A stretch of 64,000 bases of DNA from Tubulanus polymorphus (taxonomy: Eukaryota; Animalia; Nemertea). The DNA lies in NCBI RefSeq assembly GCF_964204645.1, contig NC_134028.1, positions 12,943,263 to 13,007,262 on the forward strand, read 5' to 3'. The position numbers and the translations under genes were made by a program. How positions within the stretch are numbered: the first letter of the stretch is position 1; each line of letters starts with the position of its first letter. The notes below the pieces were generated by a model that saw only the letters and a list, made by a program, of their open reading frames with translations, searched no databases and was not told the DNA's origin. Shown piece by piece: positions 19,289 to 29,971 of the stretch.

Positions 19289-22135
19289 TTAACACGTTAG
19301 AATCCTTTTCATAATCTCATTTTCTTTTGTTTCTTCTCTTTTGAATTTTATACATTCATCTAAATTGCAACCATAGGCGACTGTGTGGATTCCATCATCT
19401 AAAATATATCTTTTATCATCAAATGGGTTTAGACTTATCTTCTCTATCTCTTCAATATACATTTCATGATCTTCAGATCTCAAACATTTCATCTTATGTT
19501 TTCTAACTTCTTCATTAAATATACAATTGATGTAATCTTTGAAATGAATATTCTTTTCAACAACGCTTTTGCTAATTCCTTTTAACTTTTTAGCTTCATG
19601 TTCTTTAGTTTTATATGAATACATTTTAGATCTAATACCTATGAACTCTATCATTTCTTCACCACCTAATTCATCCTTAAACTTCCCAGGAACTTTTTTA
19701 TTATCATTGCTAAACAATTCATGATTTTTTGGATAGTTACTGAAATCAAAATGGTGTTTTAATATTTTTAAGTCTTTTGTTATGTTATCACTTTTTATTT
19801 TTAATATGTAAGAATCTGTATCTAGATATAAGATTTCTATATGTTTTTCCCCAAAATGGGGTTGCAATACATTATAATAGAATTCATACATCAATAGCTT
19901 TGAAATTTCTAAAACAGCTCCAACATAAATAGGTTTATTGAACTTCATAGAAGTTCTTTTTAATTTAACTGCAGCTAAATTTTCATCGAATATTCTATTA
20001 CCTTTGAATTTCGGATACGATTGCAAATGTCTAATTCTTTTACCATTACTAACTAACTCAATATCATTTCTATTTCTTATGTTTTCACATGTTTTTCCAT
20101 AGAACGCATTGTTCATTAGTTTAAAGTAATCTTTTTCAAAATCAGTTTTAGCTTCAGTTCTCTGTGTAGTATTAAAATCTATATATTTTTCTAACCACTT
20201 AGATTGATTAAATGAAATATATCTATGTACTTTTTTAAATATCATTCTTTGATTCAAATAAAACTTCAACATTCTATAATGTACTACATAATTATATTTA
20301 TCTTCTTGAGTTACCATTAACTTTTCAGTATGAATATGATTATCGGGTTTAATTCTTTTTTGATAATTTGATAATTCTTCATGTTTAACAGTTTTATGTT
20401 CGGGACAATATGCTAGATTTCTAGATTTAAATTTAATATTTTCAGGGTATTCTAAATCTACAACAAAGAAATAACCAATATCTGAATCATCTGCAATATC
20501 TAGGATTCTTTTCTTCCAATCAAATTTATCAATTTGTAAAACTTCAGTTATTTCAAACATCCCATAAGGTTGTGGTTCCATCATTGCCCAACCATAAAGA
20601 TTATTTGCATCTATGTATAATAATTTATATCCAGGATTATCATTTACATTGAAATATCTATCACCCAATACACCTGAAACACCTCCTCTTATAGATTTTT
20701 CAAATAATAGTAATTGATCTATATTTGTTAACAAATCCATTTTTATATTTGTAAATTTTAATCCACAATCCCATGTTAATCCTGGACTTGAATAACAATG
20801 ACAAGGATCAATATTGAAATATTTTAGGTTTACATCTCTAAACCTTTCGAATATATCAGTTAATAATAATACATCTGATTTTAAATATAAATCTACTAAT
20901 TGTCCATGATTTTTAATTTCGAAATGATTCCAAATATTCAATGTTCTATTATAGACTTCATCTTTAACATATTCATTTTTTAATTCATCATAGAATTGTT
21001 CTTTCAATAATTCAGTTATTTTAAAATCATTATGATTTTTATAGAAAGAATATGGAATTGCTCCTTTATATCTCATTAATTTAAAATCATAATTTGGGTA
21101 ATATTCTTTTAATATCTTTAATTCATCATCAATTAATGATTTTGATAAGTTATCTAATGAACTATTTAAAAATCTATATGAATCTATAAATCTTAAACAA
21201 CCAAATTGGAATGATATATAATTCTCAGATGTTTTAGCTAACATTCTAAATTTATAAGTTGGTATTTTATCTTTTGATTTATTTGAATTTAATATTTCTA
21301 TTTCATTATTAATTTCTTCTATTTTATGACACAGTTGTTTAATGAATAAATGCGCGTCATACCCCGATAAATTGTGAAATATAATGGGGACAAAATTTAC
21401 TTTTTTGGCTTGTAAATTGCAAGCCTCATGCGCTGCACCTCTAAATTTACCATTCAAATGATCATGGTCTCTTACTTTTTTATCTTTATAATTAAATATC
21501 TTTTCACAATAATAACATTTATCTGCAAACTCAAATGCTTCTTTATCTTCTTCTGTCATAATTATTTCTTTATTTGTATTCAATAATTTACTAAATCTTA
21601 TTTCATATTCAATTAATAGGTCACAAAAATGATTGATAACATTTTCATTTGTTAATGTTTTTCCTTTATGAAATTTAAACTCGATAGCTGCTGGACCAAT
21701 ATCACTTTTAAATGCTTCGGTTATCTCTATATCTTTTTTATTATCTAATGAATTAATATAATTTCTTACATCTTCCATATATGGTCTTTTATTGTTTAAT
21801 TTATTTTTTATTCTTTTAATTGTCTTCTGTTTCTTATCGTTATTATTATCAAAATAATCTTCACCTAAAATATCATTATTCTTATTTCTAATATGACTTA
21901 TAGATTTTAAATGTTCTTTATAATATCTTTTATCACTGAATGATTGATTACATGTATCACATTTATATGTTTTCTTTTCATTCTTTAATTCTTCTAATTT
22001 AGTTTCTAATATATCATCCTTATATTCTAGTTTCAATTTATTCTCTAAATGTGTTATAGTTTTATTGTGTCTTGCTTTTTGAGACTTATCTATATCGATA
22101 TTACATGTTGGGCAGTAGTATTTATTTGCTTCCAT
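19289..22135 (-). CDS. polB: Protein-primed family B DNA polymerase, with an in-frame internal deletion
   Basis: FHNLSGYDAHL, YIDANNLYGWAM, KLMNNAFYGK and YLDTDS motifs; endonuclease VII-like insert CYYC...RDHDH...HEACNL; N-terminal zinc fingers. Lacks ~394 codons present in P3. Confidence 0.95.
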   Translation of the reverse strand: MEANKYYCPTCNIDIDKSQKARHNKTITHLENKLKLEYKDDILETKLEELKNEKKTYKCDTCNQSFSDKRYYKEHLKSISHIRNKNNDILGEDYFDNNNDKKQKTIKRIKNKLNNKRPYMEDVRNYINSLDNKKDIEITEAFKSDIGPAAIEFKFHKGKTLTNENVINHFCDLLIEYEIRFSKLLNTNKEIIMTEEDKEAFEFADKCYYCEKIFNYKDKKVRDHDHLNGKFRGAAHEACNLQAKKVNFVPIIFHNLSGYDAHLFIKQLCHKIEEINNEIEILNSNKSKDKIPTYKFRMLAKTSENYISFQFGCLRFIDSYRFLNSSLDNLSKSLIDDELKILKEYYPNYDFKLMRYKGAIPYSFYKNHNDFKITELLKEQFYDELKNEYVKDEVYNRTLNIWNHFEIKNHGQLVDLYLKSDVLLLTDIFERFRDVNLKYFNIDPCHCYSSPGLTWDCGLKFTNIKMDLLTNIDQLLLFEKSIRGGVSGVLGDRYFNVNDNPGYKLLYIDANNLYGWAMMEPQPYGMFEITEVLQIDKFDWKKRILDIADDSDIGYFFVVDLEYPENIKFKSRNLAYCPEHKTVKHEELSNYQKRIKPDNHIHTEKLMVTQEDKYNYVVHYRMLKFYLNQRMIFKKVHRYISFNQSKWLEKYIDFNTTQRTEAKTDFEKDYFKLMNNAFYGKTCENIRNRNDIELVSNGKRIRHLQSYPKFKGNRIFDENLAAVKLKRTSMKFNKPIYVGAVLEISKLLMYEFYYNVLQPHFGEKHIEILYLDTDSYILKIKSDNITKDLKILKHHFDFSNYPKNHELFSNDNKKVPGKFKDELGGEEMIEFIGIRSKMYSYKTKEHEAKKLKGISKSVVEKNIHFKDYINCIFNEEVRKHKMKCLRSEDHEMYIEEIEKISLNPFDDKRYILDDGIHTVAYGCNLDECIKFKREETKENEIMKRILTC

Positions 22136-22486
22136 TTTAATACTATATTTTTTATTAAAATTGATTTTAGAAGTTCAATGATTTAAATGTTATTCATATA
22201 TATATATGAATATTTTAAGAGTAATAGGGATAATGGGCTTTCAAGCTAAAGGTTGAACGGGCGGGTGAGTAAAAATGAAAAACATAAAAATAATAACAAT
22301 TTCTACTTGAATTAGGAGTGAAACTCATGAAAATGAAAAATAAATTCGAGCGTGTGAGAATTTATTTTTCATTTTTATGAGTTTCGCGAGTAATTCAAGT
22401 AGAAATTGTTATTATTTTTATGTTTTTCATTTTTTACGAGCTCGACCGTTCGACCTTTGGCCTGAAAGCCCATTATCCCTATTACT
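22047..22486 (-). repeat. Right TIR of P1; 22220-22486 is the 267-bp fold-back
   Basis: Reverse complement of 5178-5615; overlaps the polB start codon. Confidence 0.95.
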
Positions 22487-22492
22487 ATTATA

Positions 22493-22902
22493 GAGTATTG
22501 AAGGTTCCTACATATGAAAAAACCTATCCCACCTCCATGAGCATTACGACAGAAGGCTTCAAAATTGTATGAATCTAACTTAATGGTATAAGTCATTTCG
22601 GAGTCTCATTTGATCTCTTGAAGAGAGATAACATCAAAATGAAAGTTGCACTTAGATTGGAGCAAATATAAGAAAGTTGATAAGTCCTCAAGTTTACTTC
22701 TTAAACCGTTGCAGTTCCAATTCAAAATTTTAAGGTTACTGGTTCTTAATGATTTTTTCTGAAGTTCAATGGTATCAATTAGGGCATCTAATTCATAATG
22801 AGGAGAGGGCGTAAAATTGAAAATGTCATCGTTGATATCATTTTGAGATGCAGCTAAATTAATTTGGTTTACAACTGAGTTGAGGTCAAGTGGCTGAGTC
22901 AT
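22493..22902 (-). pseudogene. LINE ORF2 N-terminus (APE endonuclease)
   Basis: LKILNWNCNGLRSK, DVISLQE and GGGIGFFI motifs; disrupted near 22606. Confidence 0.85.
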
Positions 22903-23589
22903 TATTATATAAATTCAATCTTAGAGGTAGTGACACCAATTAGCACTGATTAACACGTAAAATAAACAAAAATAGTCACCGAGTGAGCAATTAGTAGAAT
23001 ACTGTAGAAGCAGCCCCTAGGCTGGGGAATAATTGATATATAACAAAGGCTTAATTACATAGGGATAAACACTATAAAAGCAAGGGAGCACAACAATTTG
23101 CTAACAATGAGAGTCCATTGGATATTCGAAAATTTTGGTTTTAGACCAGGTGTAACATTGGAGTCCGCTTATTACGAAAATAACAAATGTAGTCCAAAAA
23201 AAATATATAGATATGAATATGAATAATGAATAACGAATATCTAAAATCCGAGAAACACTTGTGAAACGAAAAGCAGTAGCGAGTGGTTGTAATCCAATAC
23301 GAAAATCCAATTTAGCATCTGATCAGTAACGAGCGAAAATATGGCGAGGCAACAGATTTCGCGGGAATCCAGAAAGAATATTTCAATCCGAAGCGAACGA
23401 TTGTAATAGTGAACGGTAGTAATCCAGGTAGTAGTTATGTTTAATTCAAATCCAAGTGTCGAGAATGTTTTAATAAGTAACGACCAGTAGCAATTCGAAA
23501 ACAAGCTACCGATTTCGCGTTCCGTTACTGGTGAAATAAGAAGGTAATCCCGGACTCTCGAAGGTCGCAGTGTGGTCTTTTATATGCTT

Positions 23590-24379
23590 TTAAAGAAGTG
23601 AACTTAATTTCCTGAAGAGTGACATGAGGTCTGCGTTGTTGCCGCCAAAGGAGTTATAAGAGTCGGTCGCTGGTTTCCTCATCGATCTGGCACGATAATG
23701 TGGAGGGTTTAAAACGGCTTTCCAGGTCAGAGCTAGTTTGTAGATAGAGTCTTTCTTAACATGTTTGTTGTCGTGGAGATCTTCGATGGAGATACGATGG
23801 CGAACGAAATACGCATCTTTTTCTTTGACAGTTTTTTCGATTTTGTTGTTTAGTTTGTCTAAATCCTCGATTGAAGTGTCTTGACGTGGCAGGATTTGTG
23901 AGACTTTAACTTTCGTATCGGGCCATAACTCTCGCACAGCTTCTATAGATTTTTTAACATCGGTGATAATCCGTTTTTCCTGTTTAGAATCCGAGTCGTT
24001 TGTACCCACATGCAGCAAAACGATATCAGGAGACACCGGATTCAGAGCTTCGTTTAGTAATGATTGACTTACGATTTCCGAAGCTGAGTCCTGCGGGTGA
24101 TACGTATTTCCTATTGCTATCAGCAATAACTAAACCGGTTATTTTGCGTTGATCTTGACGGCGTTCGGAATTTGAACGATTTTTATCATTGTCTTCAGAC
24201 ATAATTTGATTTGCGTTTAGTTCCCTGTTTTCTAAGGTAGTCTTGCGCGCGAGAAGAGCGGATATCGTTTTTTCCATTTCTTCGACTTTTTTGGTCAATT
24301 GCTGGTTAGATTCTTTTAGCGTTTGAACCTCTTTCTGCATGTAAGTTGATGACATTTTTTGCGCTGGTTTTTGAGACAT
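23590..24379 (-). pseudogene. LINE ORF1: coiled coil plus SGNH esterase-like domain (frameshifted)
   Basis: Coiled coil in 24026-24379; VIADSN block I, LLHVGTND block III and DNKH block V. Confidence 0.8.
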
Positions 24380-24975
24380 GGCAGAGTTGTAGTAGTATTG
24401 TATTGTAGTATTCTACTGGAGCTCGAGTGAAACACGTGTTAACTGGTCGAATGCATAAGGAAGAGGAAGTGATACTACGCGCATGTGCTACTACGCGCGA
24501 AGTACTAATGTGCCAGGTTTTGGGGGAAATAACATCGAGAAAGAAACGAAGCTACGGTGTTTTTACCATTCCCTAGTGACAGTTTAAGCGCATATTCGGT
24601 CATTATTGGTTCCGAAAAAAGTCGACTAGATAAGAAAACCGAATTTGGCCCAAAGCACAAATTTGGCCTATAGGGTAAACTATGCAGGAGGGAAGGCCTT
24701 ATAGTGTTACTATTAGTAGAGGAGTGACAAGTCAGTCTGACAAGTCAAGCGATCAGATGGGGACTACAATTCACATATGAAATTGACGCCCAATAACCGT
24801 TATAAAAACATAATCACGAACGGTACCTTCACTCCCCATTACCGACTGTCTGTCACTGACCTCTGGCTTGCAATCATTCTTTATCGGTGCAGTGGGTAGG
24901 TATTTTCAACTGACTTTGTTCTTCTATGACATTACCATCGCCGCTGCGTCACGATGTGATGTACATGTACAAGAG

Positions 24976-25616
24976 ACCTCCAATTTGTAATGTATGTGAT
25001 GTATAAACTGACTTTAGACCGTTTAATATCGACGATAACAAGGTATCACCGACACTGACATTTTCTGACGCTAACTAGTATGACCCGCCTTTTGGACCGG
25101 ATCAATTCAATTCAATTAATAAAACGCGTACCTGTACAATACATAAATAAACCGCTGTTGATTTTTCGAAGTATTGATATCCACGAACAAAACTATACTA
25201 TTATAGAATGTTTAAAAGGAACTGCTTTTAATAACAGTATGAATAAACTTACTTCACAAACAAGGAAGTACATTTTTAACTTGTGAATGGTCGAACCCCA
25301 GTTATTCACGGTAACCTGTGATTTGGATATTCTTCCTGAGCCTTCCTTCTTTATTTATTTATGAAATGACGTCACAATCTTTCAGATTCGCGCCAGTGTG
25401 CGCGCCAATGCGCGCCATGATTGATGATTGCTATTTCCACCGGTGTTATCTTTAAGTAACTTCAAGTTTAAAATAGGAAGCACTGTACATCCATAGAAAC
25501 TACGCGCAGCAAGAGACTTTTATATTACTATCAGAGTTTAACATTTCGTTGTTAGTAGTCAAATCTAATAGAAGATGATTTTTATGTGACGAAACTCAGT
25601 GGAAAACATGTTAAAA
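24976..25616 (+). repeat. ~640-bp dispersed repeat, copy 2
   Basis: Direct repeat of 1438-2050. Confidence 0.85.
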
Positions 25617-25852
25617 TAATAATCAGCAGGAATCCAATAGGGTTTCTGCCGAGGCAGCAGAAACCCTAATAATAATCGGTAGGAATCCAATAGGGTTTCT
25701 GCCGAGGCAGCAGAAACCCTAATAATAATAACAATCAACAGAATTAGAAGAGGGTTTAGACGAAAGTCAGAAAACCCTAAATATGTAAATAATAATAATA
25801 ACAATCAACAGAATTACAAGAGGGTTTTCGACGAAAGTCAGAAAATCCTAAT
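25617..25852. repeat. Four tandem hairpin units separated by (AAT)n, resembling Helentron/Helitron2-type termini
   Basis: TAGGGTTTCTGCCGAGGCAGCAGAAACCCTA twice; GGGTTT..GACGAAAGTCAGAAAA(C/T)CC twice. Confidence 0.55.
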
Positions 25853-26459
25853 AATGATATAATGTGAAGAATGGTTTTAAGGAAGAAAACAAGAAATGTA
25901 AATAGCTTAGTCTAATGGAATAATTCAGAAAACATGATTTAGAAACTTGGTATGTAGTGTTGGTGGTTGGAAATATATTTCAAGTCGGAGAGTGGTTGAT
26001 GGAGGTGCAGATTCTGTAGAAACCATACTAAATTTGGTAGGGAGAGATCACGTGGTTGAAACTTGGTAGAGGGAGAGAGCAGTTAAGTTGGGAAACGAGT
26101 AGAGAGGGAGAGAGTTGGAAATTTGGCAGCCACCAGTACAGTTGTTAGCAGATCCCATGAGATTGCCTAGTTGTTAGCTTATTTTTTGAAGAAGTCATCT
26201 TTAGAGGCAATCGATCATCTATCACGAAGTGGCGAAAATCAATATTTTCGTTAAAGGTTTATGTAAAGCGTGTTTTTTTTAAATAAAACATATATCTAAT
26301 TAGTAACACAAATTGTTGTAGTTTTGAATCAGTAATTATGAAGGATTTTCTTGATTTCCCTCAATTCAGTGTTGTTTCTGCGCTTGATAAAAGATGAAAA
26401 TTGTTCCGAGCTTACTTCTTAAATAGATATCAGATATGTACGATCTTTTTTCGCCAAAA

Positions 26460-27511
26460 ATGGTGAGTAGTTTTACCAATGATATAGTATTCTACGTTTA
26501 TACTGTATCTTAAATGACGGTGGAGTTTGCATTTAATTTTTGCTAAGTGATAAGCAGATAAATCGTTATGATTATATTTTCATTTTGTTTTCAGCCTCTT
26601 GATGTATTAGTTCGTTGGAACGACGATGGAACTGAAAACGTTGTATCGAGACCCCAATTAAAAGTGATTGGTGGCGGTCGATTGGTAATTGGGTCGAGAG
26701 TGAAGATGTGGTGGGGTGTAGAAAAGAAATGGTACAAGGGTGCAGTCGTAATGACTGGAAGATATAGAATTGGGAGACCGCATTTTTAATCGAGATAATA
26801 CCACTTTGGCTGAGGTAAATGACCTTAATTCGTCAGCAAGTCATGTGAAAGATAATGAAGAAATTGAACTGGGAGACAGCATTTGATTTGAATGCAGATG
26901 ATACCACTTTGGCTGAGGCTGTAAATGACCTTAATTCGTCAGCTATCCTCGATGAGCTATTGGGTGAAAATTGTGGGCATTTAAGCGAGAATGTTGTATC
27001 GCTCATTGATATCCCAACTCCAGAGGAGCGCATCAAACAAATAGTCGAAAGGTACAGAACATCGACACGTGGAGAGAACCAGGATGATGATTATGAACGA
27101 AGCGATGATCCCGATGTGCCAGATAGCTCTGTACATAATTTGATATGCGAAACATCGGATTGCAATGACGAAATTTTTGCGGCATGTCAAACATGTTTAC
27201 GAGTGTTTTGTTACATTCACTTTAAGGAAAAATGTAAACTCTCTTCCCCTGAAACGACTTGTCGCCCTGGGGACTTCCAAGTTGAAGGCGAACCGATGGA
27301 AGATCTAAGTAATATGCTCATAACGGCAGAACCTGCCCCCAAGAAATCGAGAAGACAGCAGGTAAAGGAATCCTGTGTAAAAGGAAACTCATACATAACA
27401 GAGATGTCATCAAATGTTGAAGCGCGCGACTCTCCGAAACCTCGATGCGAAAGCCGATATTGTAGTATGAAAGGTCTAAAATGTTCGTATATAACCGAAG
27501 AGAGTAGACGG
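26460..27511 (+). pseudogene. Sola transposase N-terminal part (ATG micro-exon, intron 26463-26594, Tudor-like and Cys-rich regions)
   Basis: ATG|GTGAGT ... TTTCAG|CCTCTT; RRQQVK..GNSY...CESRYC...C pattern typical of Sola N-termini. Confidence 0.6.
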
Positions 27512-28767
27512 TGATCCACAGCTAGATTTTCGTAGTATTTGAAAATGTTTCGTAGTATTTAGAAATGTTCTTAATGTTGTTTCCGTATGCGTGGGGGTTA
27601 CGTTAAAGCCGTCAGACAAGAACGTACTAGTAGTAAGAATTACGAAAGTTCTTGTTTGATGCTTTCATCTACCAACGCAAACCATAAATCAGTCTATAAA
27701 CAACAATTCTTTCTCGGTTCTTCTGCTGTGAGATCTGGCAAACATTCAGAAAATCTTTATATAAAACTTTTAAATAGTTGGAACCATATTTGGTTGGGTC
27801 GGAACAATGGAGTGTATTTATAATGAGGCTCGTGAAGGGATCACGCTGATACTTGATGATATTCCCGGCTACTTTCCGTAAAAGGAAAAACCGGAAGTTT
27901 AGGAAGATGTGGTTGTTTTGCTTATCCTGTATTAAAATAGAATTAGTTAAATTGTAGATAAAATAATAAGTATTTCAAATAATTTAAGAATTGATAATCA
28001 ATCACAATGTATTCCGAATCGTAGTTAATTATAATAATTAAAAAAGAAACAATGAATTTGTACTGTAATTAGAAAAGAAAACAAAGTTTTGAAAAGATAT
28101 TTAATTTGAGCAATCTAGATGTTGTTTAAGAACAAATTGTTAATAATCGCTAATGTTTTAGAAAAATTAATTTGTGTTAAATGTTAAAACTAGCTGTCTG
28201 AAGTTTCTGTTGTCTGTATGCGCTCGTTGGTAATTCACAGACAATAGCTGCTCTCTCAACAACGACTAGCAAGGAGTGAGTAAATCACAACGCGTCATGA
28301 CAGGAGGGTTGGAAGAAAAAGTTTATATTAGCAAATCAGTTTTGAAAATAATTTTAGATCAGCGAATCATTAAGGCCAAATTCTATATGACCAAAACAGT
28401 CATGACAGTAAGGTTGCTGCTCCTTGCCAAAGTCGAGTGGGAGAGTCGGTATTTTAAGAATGCCGATTCTTTCTATAAAAGGGACCTGCATCTTGAGAGA
28501 GCAGTCAATCGAGAGAATCTGTACCTTAGTAAGACGAGTGTCGACAGCAGGATAGGAGAAGCTTCGGAACGATAGGGATTCATATACAATAGGGATTAGG
28601 AAAATCATTCTCAGGTTCAAGGTAAATAAAATATATTATCTTCAATATTATCATCCGGTATTTCAATTTATTCATTCGGATTTGTGCACGGACACGTTCT
28701 CTCGCCAAGGCCTTACTCAAGTATTTTATAGATAACGATTAAAGAGAGGATTGTGACCGGTGTATCA
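27512..28767 (+). repeat. 5' LTR
   Basis: Direct repeat of 41409-42670; TG...CA ends. Confidence 0.95.
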
Positions 28768-28768
28768 C

Positions 28769-28781
28769 TGGTGCCGAAACC
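28769..28781 (+). promoter_or_regulatory. Primer binding site complementary to tRNA-Phe 3' end
   Basis: TGGTGCCGAAACC one base after the LTR; matches the first 13 nt of the tRNA-Phe PBS TGGTGCCGAAACCCGGGA. Confidence 0.8.
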
Positions 28782-28833
28782 GTATTGATTAATTATTGTG
28801 TCGAGCTTTTATTATTTGTAATTTATTAATTTT

Positions 28834-29380
28834 AATGGTTCGAATTTTTATTTGTTCACACTGTGGTGCGAAGAACGCTTTCTCAAAGAAGCGCCGCACT
28901 CCAGTAAACAGGCCGACACAGGCTTTGTGGGATTCTAACCCACCGATACCAAAGGCATTAGGTTTGATTGAAGATAATCAGGAGCCTTTGTGGGATTCTA
29001 ACCCACCGATACCAAAGGCATTAGGTTTGATTGAAGATTATCAGAAGCCTTTGTGGGATTCTAACCCACCGATACCAAAGGCATTAGGTTTGATTGAAGA
29101 TAATCGGGAGCCATTGTGGGATACGAACCCACCGCTCACCTCGGTCGCCTCCGCTGAGCCCTTGTGGGAACCAAACCCACGTGCTACACAGCACGAGGCG
29201 CCAGCTCTGGTCACCTTTGGGGATTTGAACCCCTCGGAACGCCGGCGCAGAGTACGGCTGGTTAAGGTGCCAGACAAGTTCGACCCGTTCTGGGTACACT
29301 TTTTTCGGGATTTTGCGAACCCGAACGACTTCATTTTTGGGGATGAAGACGCGAATGGTTATTTTCTTTGCCCAGCCTAA
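28834..29380 (+). CDS. Gypsy leader ORF A (CxxC N-terminus, LWDSNP repeats); coding status uncertain
   Basis: MVRIFICSHCGAKN...; contains the 63-bp tandem repeats. Confidence 0.35.
28922..29135 (+). repeat. 63-bp tandem repeat (3.4 units) containing antisense tRNA T-arm-like hairpins
   Basis: GGGATTCTAACCC at 28929, 28992 and 29055; GGGATACGAACCC at 29118. Confidence 0.9.
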
Positions 29381-29579
29381 ATAGAGTTGGCTAGAGGGCG
29401 TCAATTTTCTTAATATTATCATTCAAGTATTTAATTGTTAATTAATTATTTATTACTATTTTTAAATTGGTTTAATATTATCATTTAAGTATTTAATTAT
29501 TGATTAATGATTTAATTATTATACAACCAAATTTAATTTATAATTGGTTTGCTATTTTAATATTTCACTATTGTTATAT

Positions 29580-29897
29580 ATGTCGGTTGGGTTGAAGTGT
29601 GATCACTGCGGGGCTACGGTTTATAAAACAAATACACTTGCCCCAGCTCCCAAGTCTAGTTGGGAAATACCGGCTCACCTAAGGGAGCCGCTGTGGGAAT
29701 CGAACCCAACCAGCACCAAAGGTACCACCACCGTCGGGGCTGTGGGACAGCCAGTGAGGGATTCGAACCCTCCACCCGGTGGATTAACCGATAGCGATAC
29801 GTCTTTCTGGGATCAGGGGGATTTTAGTTTGTGCGCTATCCCTGATCACAACATATTGGTAGCCGACAGGTCGCGGGTATACGGCTACTTTGAGTGA
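29580..29897 (+). CDS. Gypsy leader ORF B (CxxC N-terminus, LWESNP); coding status uncertain
   Basis: MSVGLKCDHCGATV...; architecture parallels ORF A. Confidence 0.35.
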   Translation: MSVGLKCDHCGATVYKTNTLAPAPKSSWEIPAHLREPLWESNPTSTKGTTTVGAVGQPVRDSNPPPGGLTDSDTSFWDQGDFSLCAIPDHNILVADRSRVYGYFE

Positions 29898-29971
29898 CTT
29901 TGAGGGATTCTAGATTGCTTAACACTGAGGATCATACATTTTCTTTCTATTAATATTATTATCAATTGTTT

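Larger units (their letters stand above)
5178..22486. mobile_element. Complete Polinton/Maverick-type endogenous virus (element P1, 17.3 kb)
   Basis: AGT...ACT termini, ~440-bp TIRs, exact 6-bp TSD ATTATA (5172-5177 and 22487-22492); encodes pPolB, rve integrase, A32-like ATPase and capsid-like genes. Confidence 0.96.
22487..24450 (-). mobile_element. L2/CR1-group LINE, 5' portion (5' UTR, ORF1, spacer, start of ORF2)
   Basis: ORF1 esterase and APE N-terminus in the same orientation as the RT; the 5' boundary is approximate. Confidence 0.85.

Noticed and set aside
1438-25616. The two ~620-bp direct repeats as LTRs of a giant element
   Set aside because: No TG...CA ends, PBS, PPT or TSD; the interior is explained by a LINE and a Polinton.
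27587-28620. Short ORFs within the LTRs (also 41484-41744 and 42302-42523)
   Set aside because: Frames differ between the two LTR copies through indels; no domain motifs.
28920-29780. Genuine tRNA genes on the minus strand
   Set aside because: Only T-arm and partial acceptor-like parts are present; no A-box/D-arm or full cloverleaf could be built.
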